From a virus (Duplodnaviria; Heunggongvirae; Uroviricota; Caudoviricetes), in IMG/VR virus record IMGVR_UViG_3300020042_002824: DNA of 26,483 nucleotides; one strand, written 5' to 3'. Of the stretch, positions 1 to 9,700 are shown one piece after another. The notes under the pieces are model-generated. The model worked only from the letters and a program-made list of their open reading frames with translations, searched no databases and was not told where the DNA came from. Both the position numbers and the translations under genes were made by a program. Position 1 is the first letter of the stretch, and the number at the start of each line of letters is the position of its first letter.

Positions 1-3000
1 GTTGGTACAGCATACCATGAAGTGTTTGAAGCTGTATGGAAGATGTTCTCTAGCCCTGAGGAAAGAGATAACATTGTAAGTGAATTCAAAGATAGAAGTG
101 GTAGTTTTGTAGATAGAATTACAGGACAAGATATTAAATATTCTAATGCCACTGCTTTTCAAATCAAAGAACAATTAGCTGAGGAATTCAGAGACTTTGT
201 ACAATATGGCAAAGTTCCAACTAAGCCAAGTAAAGGACAACCATTTATTGTTAAGTTGTTTAATGACTTAGTTAATTTTATTAAGTCATTCTTCTATGGT
301 CCTCAAGCTGCAAGAAACACAGAAGAGTTATTCAAGAGAATGACTAGTGGTTTCTATAAAGAATATTCTCCTTTAGATTCTAAATTATCATATGCTAAGA
401 ATGGCATTATAGATATTTCAGATGCTTATGGTGGAGCTAACAGTGAGTATCGTATTAAGGATCTACCTGGTCAAACTGTGCATGACATCATGCAACAAAT
501 GACCTATGTAACATTAGGTAAGTTTACAAAGAATAACAAGAGTCTTTTCTCTATTCCAAGCGTAAACAAAATAGAATTATATCAAGAGCTTAAAGAAGAC
601 TTACAAAAGACAGCCCTTAAAACAATGAAGGCTGCTGAAGATTTAATAGATCAAGGTGTAATCACTGAAGAGCAAGCAGCTCCTACTAAAGAGAAGTCTA
701 GAGCTTTATGGCAAAAGATTACAGACAACTGGGATGAGTTAGCTGAAAAACATAAAGAATACTTATCTGCTTATAATATTGAGTTTGATAATAACAATGA
801 AGCAGCTTACATAACTGATAAAGCTAAAGAAGATCCATATGGTGAAGCCACTCAAATAGATAATTTCAAGAGAGCAAACGCTGCTGTAAAGCTATTACTA
901 TCTACAATACCTATTGTAAGAGAAGGTGAAATTGTGCGTTCATCTATCAATGGTGCCACATTACTTCCTACTAGTCAGGTGTTTATGGCTATTATGAACC
1001 AAACACATGATTCTAATAGCCCTGATGAAATGATTGAGGGTCTTCGCAAACTGGCTGAGAATGATGAAAACTATCGCACTCTATATGAACGCATATCAAA
1101 GAGTTCATATAACATGGATACATTTGAGTTTACTGATTTGAAGAACAGACATGACCTTCAATTAGTTTCAGCTCTATGGAGAACTTTCAATAAGCAAAGT
1201 CCTATTGTAAAGAACTTATACATATTACCTAATGGAGAAGTACAAGTGGGTGATTCTAACTTTGCCACTGCTGCAAGACAACTTAATCAAGATTTCTTAA
1301 ATGCTATTGTTGTTTCTGTAAAGAAACAAAATGGATACTTCCAGTATAGCAGTTTACAAAAAGCTTACATGCCTGTTGTAGATGCTAATGGCAAAGCTGT
1401 TATTTCTAAGTTTGCTGTAGATACACTAGATGAACAACTTAACTTCTTAAAGAAGTTTGGTATTGTATTTAACAAAGCTGACCTATTAGAAATGTCAGGT
1501 GAGGATCAAGATGACTTCTCAGAATCAGTAAAGGGTATTAAGAAAAGTTTCACTGAATTAAATAAGATAGCTACCTTCTCTGGTAGTGTATTATCTATCA
1601 ATGGTAGATTATTAAAACTAGCTAATATCAAAGCTAAGATAGATAACCCTGAGTTTGATAGTGTATTCTATAATGTAAATGGAGACGCTACACAATCATT
1701 CATTGGTGTTAATGCTTTAAGTAAATTATCAGATATTCTTTCTAAAGCACAGAATATCAATGACTTACGTGATACTCCATATTCATATTTACTTACAGAT
1801 AACTTTGCTAAGAACTCAGTTATCCTAGGACAGATGTTCAATATTGCTGAAGGAGGTAATCGTATAAAGGGTACAGAAAAGTTAATGGAAGCTTCTTGGG
1901 CTGATGGTACATTAGACCAAGGTAATGGTAAAAAGAAACAATCTTCTAAGCTTACATATAAACAACGTTTAGTACAAGAGATTAATATGAACCTTGCTGG
2001 TTACTATTATAACCTTGTACCTGGTGATGCTTCTCTTGAGCACATGGTAAACATGGGCAACTTTATTTCTAAGGAATCAATCAGAGCAGGTTATAATCAA
2101 CCAGGTGGTGTACTAGATACATTCAGAGGATACTTATTCTCTGAGATTGAATTAGCTAGAGAGACTCGTCCATTTACAAGAAACACCAATGAGTTACGCT
2201 TCTTCAAGGATATCCTTGGTGAAGAGTTACATGATCAAGTGATGGGTGAAGATGGTGAAGTGCTTACACCACAAGAAGTGTACGAAGCATTCACTGACGA
2301 GAATACAAATGTAAACGCAATAGATGAAGCCATCACTAAGTATATTGTTGAAAAGACAGCAGCATTCAAAAGAAGTCTTAGCAACTATGGTATCATTACC
2401 AAAGGAGAAGAGAAAGAAACTTGGTTTGTTGAAAACTTAGCGTTTGCTCAATCTGGTACCACTACAACAGAAAACCTAAATAGAGAACTTGAAATGTTGC
2501 AAATCAATTTCATGATTAACAACATTGAGTTACATAAATTATTATACTCAGATCCATATCAATATAAGGATGAGCTTAAACGTATCAAGAGTTTCCTATC
2601 TCCACGTCAATCTATTATTTCTAATTCAGCAAGCATGAACGCTGCGTTGAATAACATTTGGAATGAAGGATTTGATGAGGGTGATATAGGACGTACAGAC
2701 TTCACTCAAGACTATTTCAGAACAGCAACATATGCTGATGTCTTAGCAGTGGGTGATATTCCTGGCTATGAAGAAGAAGCTTTTGAAGAAACAGATGGTA
2801 GTGGTATTATTACTATGAAGGGATATCGCAACTTTAGAATACGTGCAGGTGAGTGGAATGATAATGAAGAATTACAATACAAATTTGATATTGCTTATGA
2901 GAAGCTTGTTAAGTCTGGTGCAAATAAAGAAGAGATTGCTGAGTTTAATAAAAAGAACCCAAGTGTAAAGAGTGCATACACTCCTCTTAAACCTATTGTG

Positions 3001-6000
3001 TCTGGTAACAAAGCTAATGGCAGATCTTACAATGATATTGTATTAGATAAGTTTGCTCTTTATCCATTGAGCTTCAGGGTGTTACATCAACTTAATCCTG
3101 AATCAAACAGTATTAAGTTTTACAATAAAATGCAAGCTGAGAACATTGATTATACAGTGTTCAAATCTGGTAGAAAGGTGGGAGCTGAAGAGCTTAACGA
3201 ACCATACAATGAGAACGATCAATTCAACGAAGCTCCTTATGTAGGTATTGTTAATGTACCATTTGGTATCATGTCTATACAATCTGAGGTTCCATCTAAG
3301 GATGAGCCTGTTGTAACTAGAGGTAGTCAGGTTACTAAGTTAGTCACTCTTGACTACATGGAAGCTGGTGTACCTATTGACTTTGAGCCAGGTGATAACT
3401 TCAATCAGCGTCTTGATAAATGGAATGCTCTTAAGAATAAGTCTACCTATAATGATGGTAAAAACTTATACAATGAGATTAAGAATAACCAAGAGTTATT
3501 AGAAGCAATGATTGATAATGGTTATCAAAGCCTTCTTAAACAAATGGGAATCAAGGAGTTAAAGAATGGTAAGTTTAAGATTGCAGACTTCTCCAAAGCT
3601 GCTAACTTATTACGTAGAGAGATTCTTAAAAGAGAAGTTAATGATAATGTGGCTGATGCGTTGGCTGGTTTCTTAGAAGGCAAAGTTGTTATTGAAGCAA
3701 CTCCTGCTTACCAACAAATCAGAAACATCCTATATTCTATTGCAGATAGAGAGGTGATTACACCAAAGATATCTGGTGGTCAAAAGGTACAGATTCCTTC
3801 TACATTCTTAGAAGAGAATAGAATTAAGTCTAAGAATGGTAAAGGATATACATCTGATGTTCTTAAGTTTTATACAAATAAAGAGGGTGAGCGTGTAGCT
3901 GAGGTGATGGTAGGTAGATGGTTTGACAGCAATAAGACTGACGCAGAACTTCTTGACTATTTAAACAATACAGAAGAAGGACAGAAGATATTAAAAGGTG
4001 TGGCATATCGTATCCCTACACAGAAACAAAACTCTATTGATGCAATTGTGATTAAGCAATTCCTTCCTAGAGAGTTTGGTGACAGTGTTGTGATTCCTTC
4101 TGCCCTAGTTAAGAAAGCTGGTTCTGACTTTGACATTGATAAGTTATTTATATACTTAAAGAATACTTATAAGGATGGTCTTGGCAACATCAAACTAGTT
4201 CCTTACTATGGTATTGGTGATGCTGCTAAAGAAAAGTTTGAAGACTTGTATGCTGATATATCTGAAAACAAGATTAAGATTACACAAGAAAGCAAAGTAA
4301 AACTTGGCAACTTACAAAACTTATTAAGTGACATTGCTCTTGGCGAAGCTTCTAGCAAGACTGCTGAGAAATGGATTCCTATACTTCAGAATATGTTTGG
4401 AGATAGTTTATCTGTTATTGAGATTGAAGATGCGTTGATGACTAAGTTGGAAGAGACAGGTAAAAAACTTGAAGACTTATATGACCTTGATTTACAGGCA
4501 GTTCTAATGGAAAAGTTTGTAGAAAGAATGTACAAGAAGAGTCTTGAGAATGAGTATATCCAGTCAATGGAAAACTTAATTACAAGAGAAGAAAACTTTG
4601 CTTCATTAACTAAGCCTAACTCTGCAGACCAAATGAAAGGGTTGGCTAAGAAGATTACAAGAAAGCTTGGGTTTGAATCATTTAACTATGACACTCCAGG
4701 CAATATGTTGGATAGAAACTTTATGTCTAGATTAAGACAAGCGTTTGTATCTGGTAAGTATGCAATTGGTATTGCTGCTGTAAACCAAACAAACCACTCT
4801 CTTAACCAAAGACAACCTATATATGTTGACACAGACAAACTAGCTATGTTAGATAGTGCTGACAGAGCATGGATAGGCAATGGTAAAATTAACTTTAAGG
4901 ATTACAATAAGATAATGATAAACAACAAACCTGTTGCTACATTGTCTATGGTTAAGAATGCTAAAGGAGATTACATCTCAGATATCATTGGTCAGTTTAT
5001 TGATGGATACGTGGATATCTCTAAGGGTCCATGGATCATGGAACTAGGTGCCACTCCTAATACAGCTTCCACTTGGTTATTCTTAACTAAGCTTGGTGTG
5101 CCTATTGAGGATGTTTCCTACTTTATGAACCAACCAATCATACGTGATTACTTACGTAAGATTGAAAATTCTGGATACTCTTGGTTATTTATTGAAGACT
5201 TTGTTAAAGAAATGAAACAAAGTCCTAAGTATAAGGTGGCTGATAACTATAACTTTAGTAAGATTACAACTATACCTTCTGCATCTAAGTTATCTAGTAC
5301 AGTGGGTAATAACAACTTAAACCAAGATCAGAAAGCTGAACAACAGTTTATGTTGGATGAGTTCTTAAAATATGCTAGGATGGCTAATCAAATGTTCCTT
5401 GTTACTCAAGGATCTAACTTTGATACAGCTACATTCAATGATCCATTCTTAGTGTTCAAGAAACAACAACAGTTGCTCAAAGCACAGAATACAATCATCT
5501 CTTCTGTAGATGACATATTAGCAAACTCTTTCTTAGGTAAGTTGGCTGAAAGAATTGGCAACATCAGAAATGCTTATGCTGAGATTCTTACCTCTGATAA
5601 AAACAACACTAGACGTGTTCTTGAGAATGTGCTTCTACCATATACAGATATGTCAGATGATGAATTTGTTAATGTGTCTAGAAAGGCTGTAACTAATCTA
5701 TTTGATTGGGCTGTACAGGTGGACCAAAAGCTTAACCAAGAAATCAGTGGTATGTTATTAGGTGATGACAATGCTGCTGGTGAAATTACAGACTTTGTAA
5801 ATAAGGTTAAAGCAGATCCTAACCATAAGTTGTTTGACAACATTATAGTTAATCTGTTAGAAAACCTACCTTCTCCTACAGAGGATGGAGTTAATAACAT
5901 TAAGATTAAGAACAAGAATAATAAGACATATGATCAAAACCAAATGATATATGGCTTCAAAGAACTTAAGTCTTATCTTGGCAAAGACCCTCTATATGAT

Positions 6001-6753
6001 AAGTTAGTTAGACTTTCTGTATTACAATCTGGTATTGCTAACAGTCCTATATCATTTACCAACTTACTTCCTTACGAAGACTTTGCAAAAATATATAACA
6101 AAACTTTGTCCAAGTTAGACAAAATGCCTAACTTAGATCAATTTTATAAACTAGGTGTATTCCAAAGAAACAACTGGGCTGATGATGATGTTGTTCCTTA
6201 CAAGAAAGCTACGTTCAAACAGGACAATCAAGGTAACTGGTATTACAGCAATGGCATACAGTTCAAGAAGAATGAAGCATTAAATCTTGATATCCAAGCA
6301 GGTAAGACTCCTCAGTTAGTAAAGATACATCACATGGCACGTGAGTCTAAGAGTGACTACATTGTGTACACATGGGAAGAAGGAACTAAGTCAGAGAAGA
6401 TTAAGATGAGAAAAGATGGTGACTTCTCTTACATCAAGAAAGGATTGTTCAAGAAGGTATATAATGGTGATACACCATTTGCTATCAAGAACTTCTATGG
6501 TGCTGATACATTCATCTACAAGATGATCAATGCATGGGGAGATAGCTACAAAGCTAATGAGTTCTATGAAAATGCTAGAGAATCTGTAATTCCTAATGGC
6601 TTTATTCAAACCATTGAGAAAGAAGATGATGATATTAGAAAGTATTTTGAGGTGAAGAAAGATAATGCTCCTAAGGCTGTATCTAAAAAGGTTAAGAAAA
6701 TCAAAGCTCCTGGTCTTCCAGAGATAGAAAATAACAATGTAAACAACTGCTAA
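1..6753 (+). CDS. Virion RNA polymerase, crAss-like/phi14:2 gp66 type (two-barrel RNAP), with an N-terminal zincin-like domain; 5'-truncated
   Basis: The frame is open from base 1 (VGTAYHEVFEAVW...), so the track start at 22 is not the true start. RIPTQ...VIPSALVKKAGSDFDIDKLF carries the catalytic DxDxD as DFDID at 4126-4140, the variant known from crAss-like vRNAPs. Other conserved blocks: ETDGSG, TPLKPIV, DKFALYPL, GIAAVNQ, QFIDGYVDISK. Zincin-like HEVFE at 16-30 with a downstream EQLAEEF. Confidence 0.9.
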   Translation, partial: VGTAYHEVFEAVWKMFSSPEERDNIVSEFKDRSGSFVDRITGQDIKYSNATAFQIKEQLAEEFRDFVQYGKVPTKPSKGQPFIVKLFNDLVNFIKSFFYGPQAARNTEELFKRMTSGFYKEYSPLDSKLSYAKNGIIDISDAYGGANSEYRIKDLPGQTVHDIMQQMTYVTLGKFTKNNKSLFSIPSVNKIELYQELKEDLQKTALKTMKAAEDLIDQGVITEEQAAPTKEKSRALWQKITDNWDELAEKHKEYLSAYNIEFDNNNEAAYITDKAKEDPYGEATQIDNFKRANAAVKLLLSTIPIVREGEIVRSSINGATLLPTSQVFMAIMNQTHDSNSPDEMIEGLRKLAENDENYRTLYERISKSSYNMDTFEFTDLKNRHDLQLVSALWRTFNKQSPIVKNLYILPNGEVQVGDSNFATAARQLNQDFLNAIVVSVKKQNGYFQYSSLQKAYMPVVDANGKAVISKFAVDTLDEQLNFLKKFGIVFNKADLLEMSGEDQDDFSESVKGIKKSFTELNKIATFSGSVLSINGRLLKLANIKAKIDNPEFDSVFYNVNGDATQSFIGVNALSKLSDILSKAQNINDLRDTPYSYLLTDNFAKNSVILGQMFNIAEGGNRIKGTEKLMEASWADGTLDQGNGKKKQSSKLTYKQRLVQEINMNLAGYYYNLVPGDASLEHMVNMGNFISKESIRAGYNQPGGVLDTFRGYLFSEIELARETRPFTRNTNELRFFKDILGEELHDQVMGEDGEVLTPQEVYEAFTDENTNVNAIDEAITKYIVEKTAAFKRSLSNYGIITKGEEKETWFVENLAFAQSGTTTTENLNRELEMLQINFMINNIELHKLLYSDPYQYKDELKRIKSFLSPRQSIISNSASMNAALNNIWNEGFDEGDIGRTDFTQDYFRTATYADVLAVGDIPGYEEEAFEETDGSGIITMKGYRNFRIRAGEWNDNEELQYKFDIAYEKLVKSGANKEEIAEFNKKNPSVKSAYTPLKPIVSGNKANGRSYNDIVLDKFALYPLSFRVLHQLNPESNSIKFYNKMQAENIDYTVFKSGRKVGAEELNEPYNENDQFNEAPYVGIVNVPFGIMSIQSEVPSKDEPVVTRGSQVTKLVTLDYMEAGVPIDFEPGDNFNQRLDKWNALKNKSTYNDGKNLYNEIKNNQELLEAMIDNGYQSLLKQMGIKELKNGKFKIADFSKAANLLRREILKREVNDNVADALAGFLEGKVVIEATPAYQQIRNILYSIADREVITPKISGGQKVQIPSTFLEENRIKSKNGKGYTSDVLKFYTNKEGERVAEVMVGRWFDSNKTDAELLDYLNNTEEGQKILKGVAYRIPTQKQNSIDAIVIKQFLPREFGDSVVIPSALVKKAGSDFDIDKLFIYLKNTYKDGLGNIKLVPYYGIGDAAKEKFEDLYADISENKIKITQESKVKLGNLQNLLSDIALGEASSKTAEKWIPILQNMFGDSLSVIEIEDALMTKLEETGKKLEDLYDLDLQAVLMEKFVERMYKKSLENEYIQSMENLITREENFASLTKPNSADQMKGLAKKITRKLGFESFNYDTPGNMLDRNFMSRLRQAFVSGKYAIGIAAVNQTNHSLNQRQPIYVDTDKLAMLDSADRAWIGNGKINFKDYNKIMINNKPVATLSMVKNAKGDYISDIIGQFIDGYVDISKGPWIMELGATPNTASTWLFLTKLGVPIEDVSYFMNQPIIRDYLRKIENSGYSWLFIEDFVKEMKQSPKYKVADNYNFSKITTIPSASKLSSTVGNNNLNQDQKAEQQFMLDEFLKYARMANQMFLVTQGSNFDTATFNDPFLVFKKQQQLLKAQNTIISSVDDILANSFLGKLAERIGNIRNAYAEILTSDKNNTRRVLENVLLPYTDMSDDEFVNVSRKAVTNLFDWAVQVDQKLNQEISGMLLGDDNAAGEITDFVNKVKADPNHKLFDNIIVNLLENLPSPTEDGVNNIKIKNKNNKTYDQNQMIYGFKELKSYLGKDPLYDKLVRLSVLQSGIANSPISFTNLLPYEDFAKIYNKTLSKLDKMPNLDQFYKLGVFQRNNWADDDVVPYKKATFKQDNQGNWYYSNGIQFKKNEALNLDIQAGKTPQLVKIHHMARESKSDYIVYTWEEGTKSEKIKMRKDGDFSYIKKGLFKKVYNGDTPFAIKNFYGADTFIYKMINAWGDSYKANEFYENARESVIPNGFIQTIEKEDDDIRKYFEVKKDNAPKAVSKKVKKIKAPGLPEIENNNVNNC

Positions 6754-9700
6754 TGAGCAAATGTATATTAGATATTAAGTTTGATATTACAGACACAGCA
6801 AGAGATCTTGCTATGGATAATGGTGGATTTACCTACATCCATGGAGAAAGAGACTCATTAAGAATAACTGATAATACGTTAGCTGAGCTTTCTGCTAAGA
6901 AGGTTAATGATGCCTTTGGAGAAATGTTACTCACTCCAAGCTATGGAGATAGAACAACCTACTTCATTAGTCCATCTAATGAGCTTGCTCAGAAGTATTT
7001 AGATTATTACAATAGTGAGTTGGCTGTAGAAGAAAACAAACCAACAACAGAAGGAGAGGATAATAATTATACTAATGATGAACCAACTAACTTCTTACAA
7101 GTAACTGGATTTCCAAGCACAGTGGCTACTCCTGCTATTATAGAAAAGGTTAAGGAAGCTGCTACTAAAATGGGTATATCTATTGAAGACTTAGCAACAT
7201 ATGCTAAAAACACTGGCTTAGACACTACAAACATTAATGGTGTAGCTGACTTGGCTAGAGGTGTTATTGCTATTGCTGAGGGTCAAGAAGATGTAGCATT
7301 AACAGAAGAGCTTGTTCACATAGCTACAGCTATGATAGAACAGACTAATCCTCAACTAGTTACGCAAATGATATCTAGAATAGATAAGTTTGCCATCTAT
7401 AATCAAACATACAAATTATACAAGGACAATAAAGATTACCAACTTCCTAATGGCAAGCCAGATATTCGCAAGATTAAGAAGGAAGCTGTAGATAAGTTAA
7501 TTGCTGAAGTGATTGTAAATGAAGGCACTGGTAATGAATACTTCCCTGAGTTAGCTAATGAAGATAACATATCATTAGTTCAGAAGTGGTGGAGTATGAT
7601 TAAAGACTTTATTCATGGACTATACAGTAAAGCTAGTATAGATATATTTAGAGAAGCAGCTAGTGAAATTCTTGGTGGTAAGATAGAAGGTATTCCAATT
7701 ATTAATGGTCAAGGTCCTTACTATCAAATCATTAGTCCTCAACAGAAAGCCATCCAGGATAATATCAACAATACAAGAGATAGTCTTAGAAAGGTTGAAT
7801 ATGCTGAGAAAAATGCTGATCCTTTGTTATTAGATTCTGAAGAAGCAAACAATGGCTATGAGATTAAGAATGATGATGGCACGTGGACAAAGATAACAAA
7901 GAGGGTAACTGATAGGGTCAAAGCTTGGTATAAAGAAAGGTTTGGTAATAAGGTGTTTAGTGAACAAGAGAAGAAGTTTAATGAACTTAAAAGAACTCTA
8001 GGAGTAGCTGGACACAGAGACTTAGAAGAAATACATAGTAGATACTACAATGAAGATGGAACTAAGCGTGAGTATCCTGAGCCTAGACCTACTAAGTATA
8101 ATCTAGAGAGTAGAGCTATGTATGAAACTCTAGAAAACTATTACACAGAATTAATTGAAACATTCCCAAAGGATACACTTGTATTCTCTGAGGTTGTTAT
8201 ATATGATAAGAAGAATAAAGAGGCTGGAACAATTGACTTCTTAGCTGTAGAACCAGAAGGTAAAACACATATTCTAGATTGGAAGTTCATGCACATTGCA
8301 GGTAATGATGTAGCATGGTTTAAACAAGGAGCGTTCAATATCCAGATTGGAACATACAAGAACATCCTACGTGAGAACTATGGCATCAAAGACTTTGGTA
8401 TGTTGCGTGCTATTCCTATATCTCTAGAGTTTGGAAGAGTGGATAAGATGGATGCTAGAAAAGGATTTAAACTTGATGGCATAGCAATAGGATCTGTAGA
8501 CAAGTCTAAGATAGATCCATTGACAGAGATGAAACTTATTCCTCTATCTGAGGAATCAGAAACCACTGGTAGTGAAGCACTTGATGGTGTATTAGGTAAG
8601 TTGAATGCATTGATGCGTGAATATGCTAAAGAGAAAGTGACTGATGAGGGAGAGCGTATCTTCAAGATTGAACGTATGAATACTCTTAGAAGAGCTATTC
8701 GTTTAGTACAAGGAACTGGTAACTTACAACCACTAGTGGATGTAATCCAGGTTATGAGAAGAGATGGTGATAGAATCTTAAATGACTATAATACCATCTT
8801 CAAAGACAGACCTGCTAGAGATACAGACTCTACAAACCAAGAGCTATCTGATTTTGCTGATGACATGAACAATTACATTAGATTCTCTGAGGTATTTTCA
8901 AGCATTGGTGATGATATAGGTTATTTAATCTATACAGTAGACATGGAAGAGGGAGCTACTACAGAAGCAGAAAAAGAAAACATAGACCTTAGAAAGGAAA
9001 TATTACAAGACTTAGATTCTGAATCTAAAGCTATTAGAATTTCTATCAAAGAAATCACCAAGGCATCAGAAGCCTTTGCTGATAAACACATAGGACAAAG
9101 AAACCTTGTAGCAGGATTGACCAAAGCTGAGGCAGTAATCAAAGGACTGGCAGCTAGGTTTAGAGGAGTATCAGAATTACCTTCACGTGCATTGCAAGTA
9201 TTATATAAGCTTACATCTACAGCAAAGAACAATGCTGCATCTGATGCTTTCAAAGAAGTGGAAGTATTAATGAGCCTTAGAGATAAGCTTGTTGCTAGAG
9301 GTGGTGATACAAGAAAGCTTGTACAAAAGCTTTACCAAAAAACTACAGAAGGTGGATTAGTAAATAAACTAATCTATAAATATAAGAAAGACTTCTTTGA
9401 GCAAATAGATGCAAAAGCTAAAGAGGGTGGAGATAAAGAATGGTTATTAAATAACATTGATGTAGAAGCTTATAAGAAAGAAGCTGCTCCTTTATTAGAA
9501 AGCCAAATTGCTAGAATTAATAAAAACTCATATTCTGGTTCAGCAGAGGAACAAAATGAACAAAGAGAAAAATATATACTTGAGGCACAACGCTTATGGG
9601 ATATAGATAGAGAAGACTTCAATGGCTTCAATAACTATGTTGTTAAAAGACATCCTAAGAGTGAATGGCTATCTGATGAATACTTAGATATTCAGAAAGA

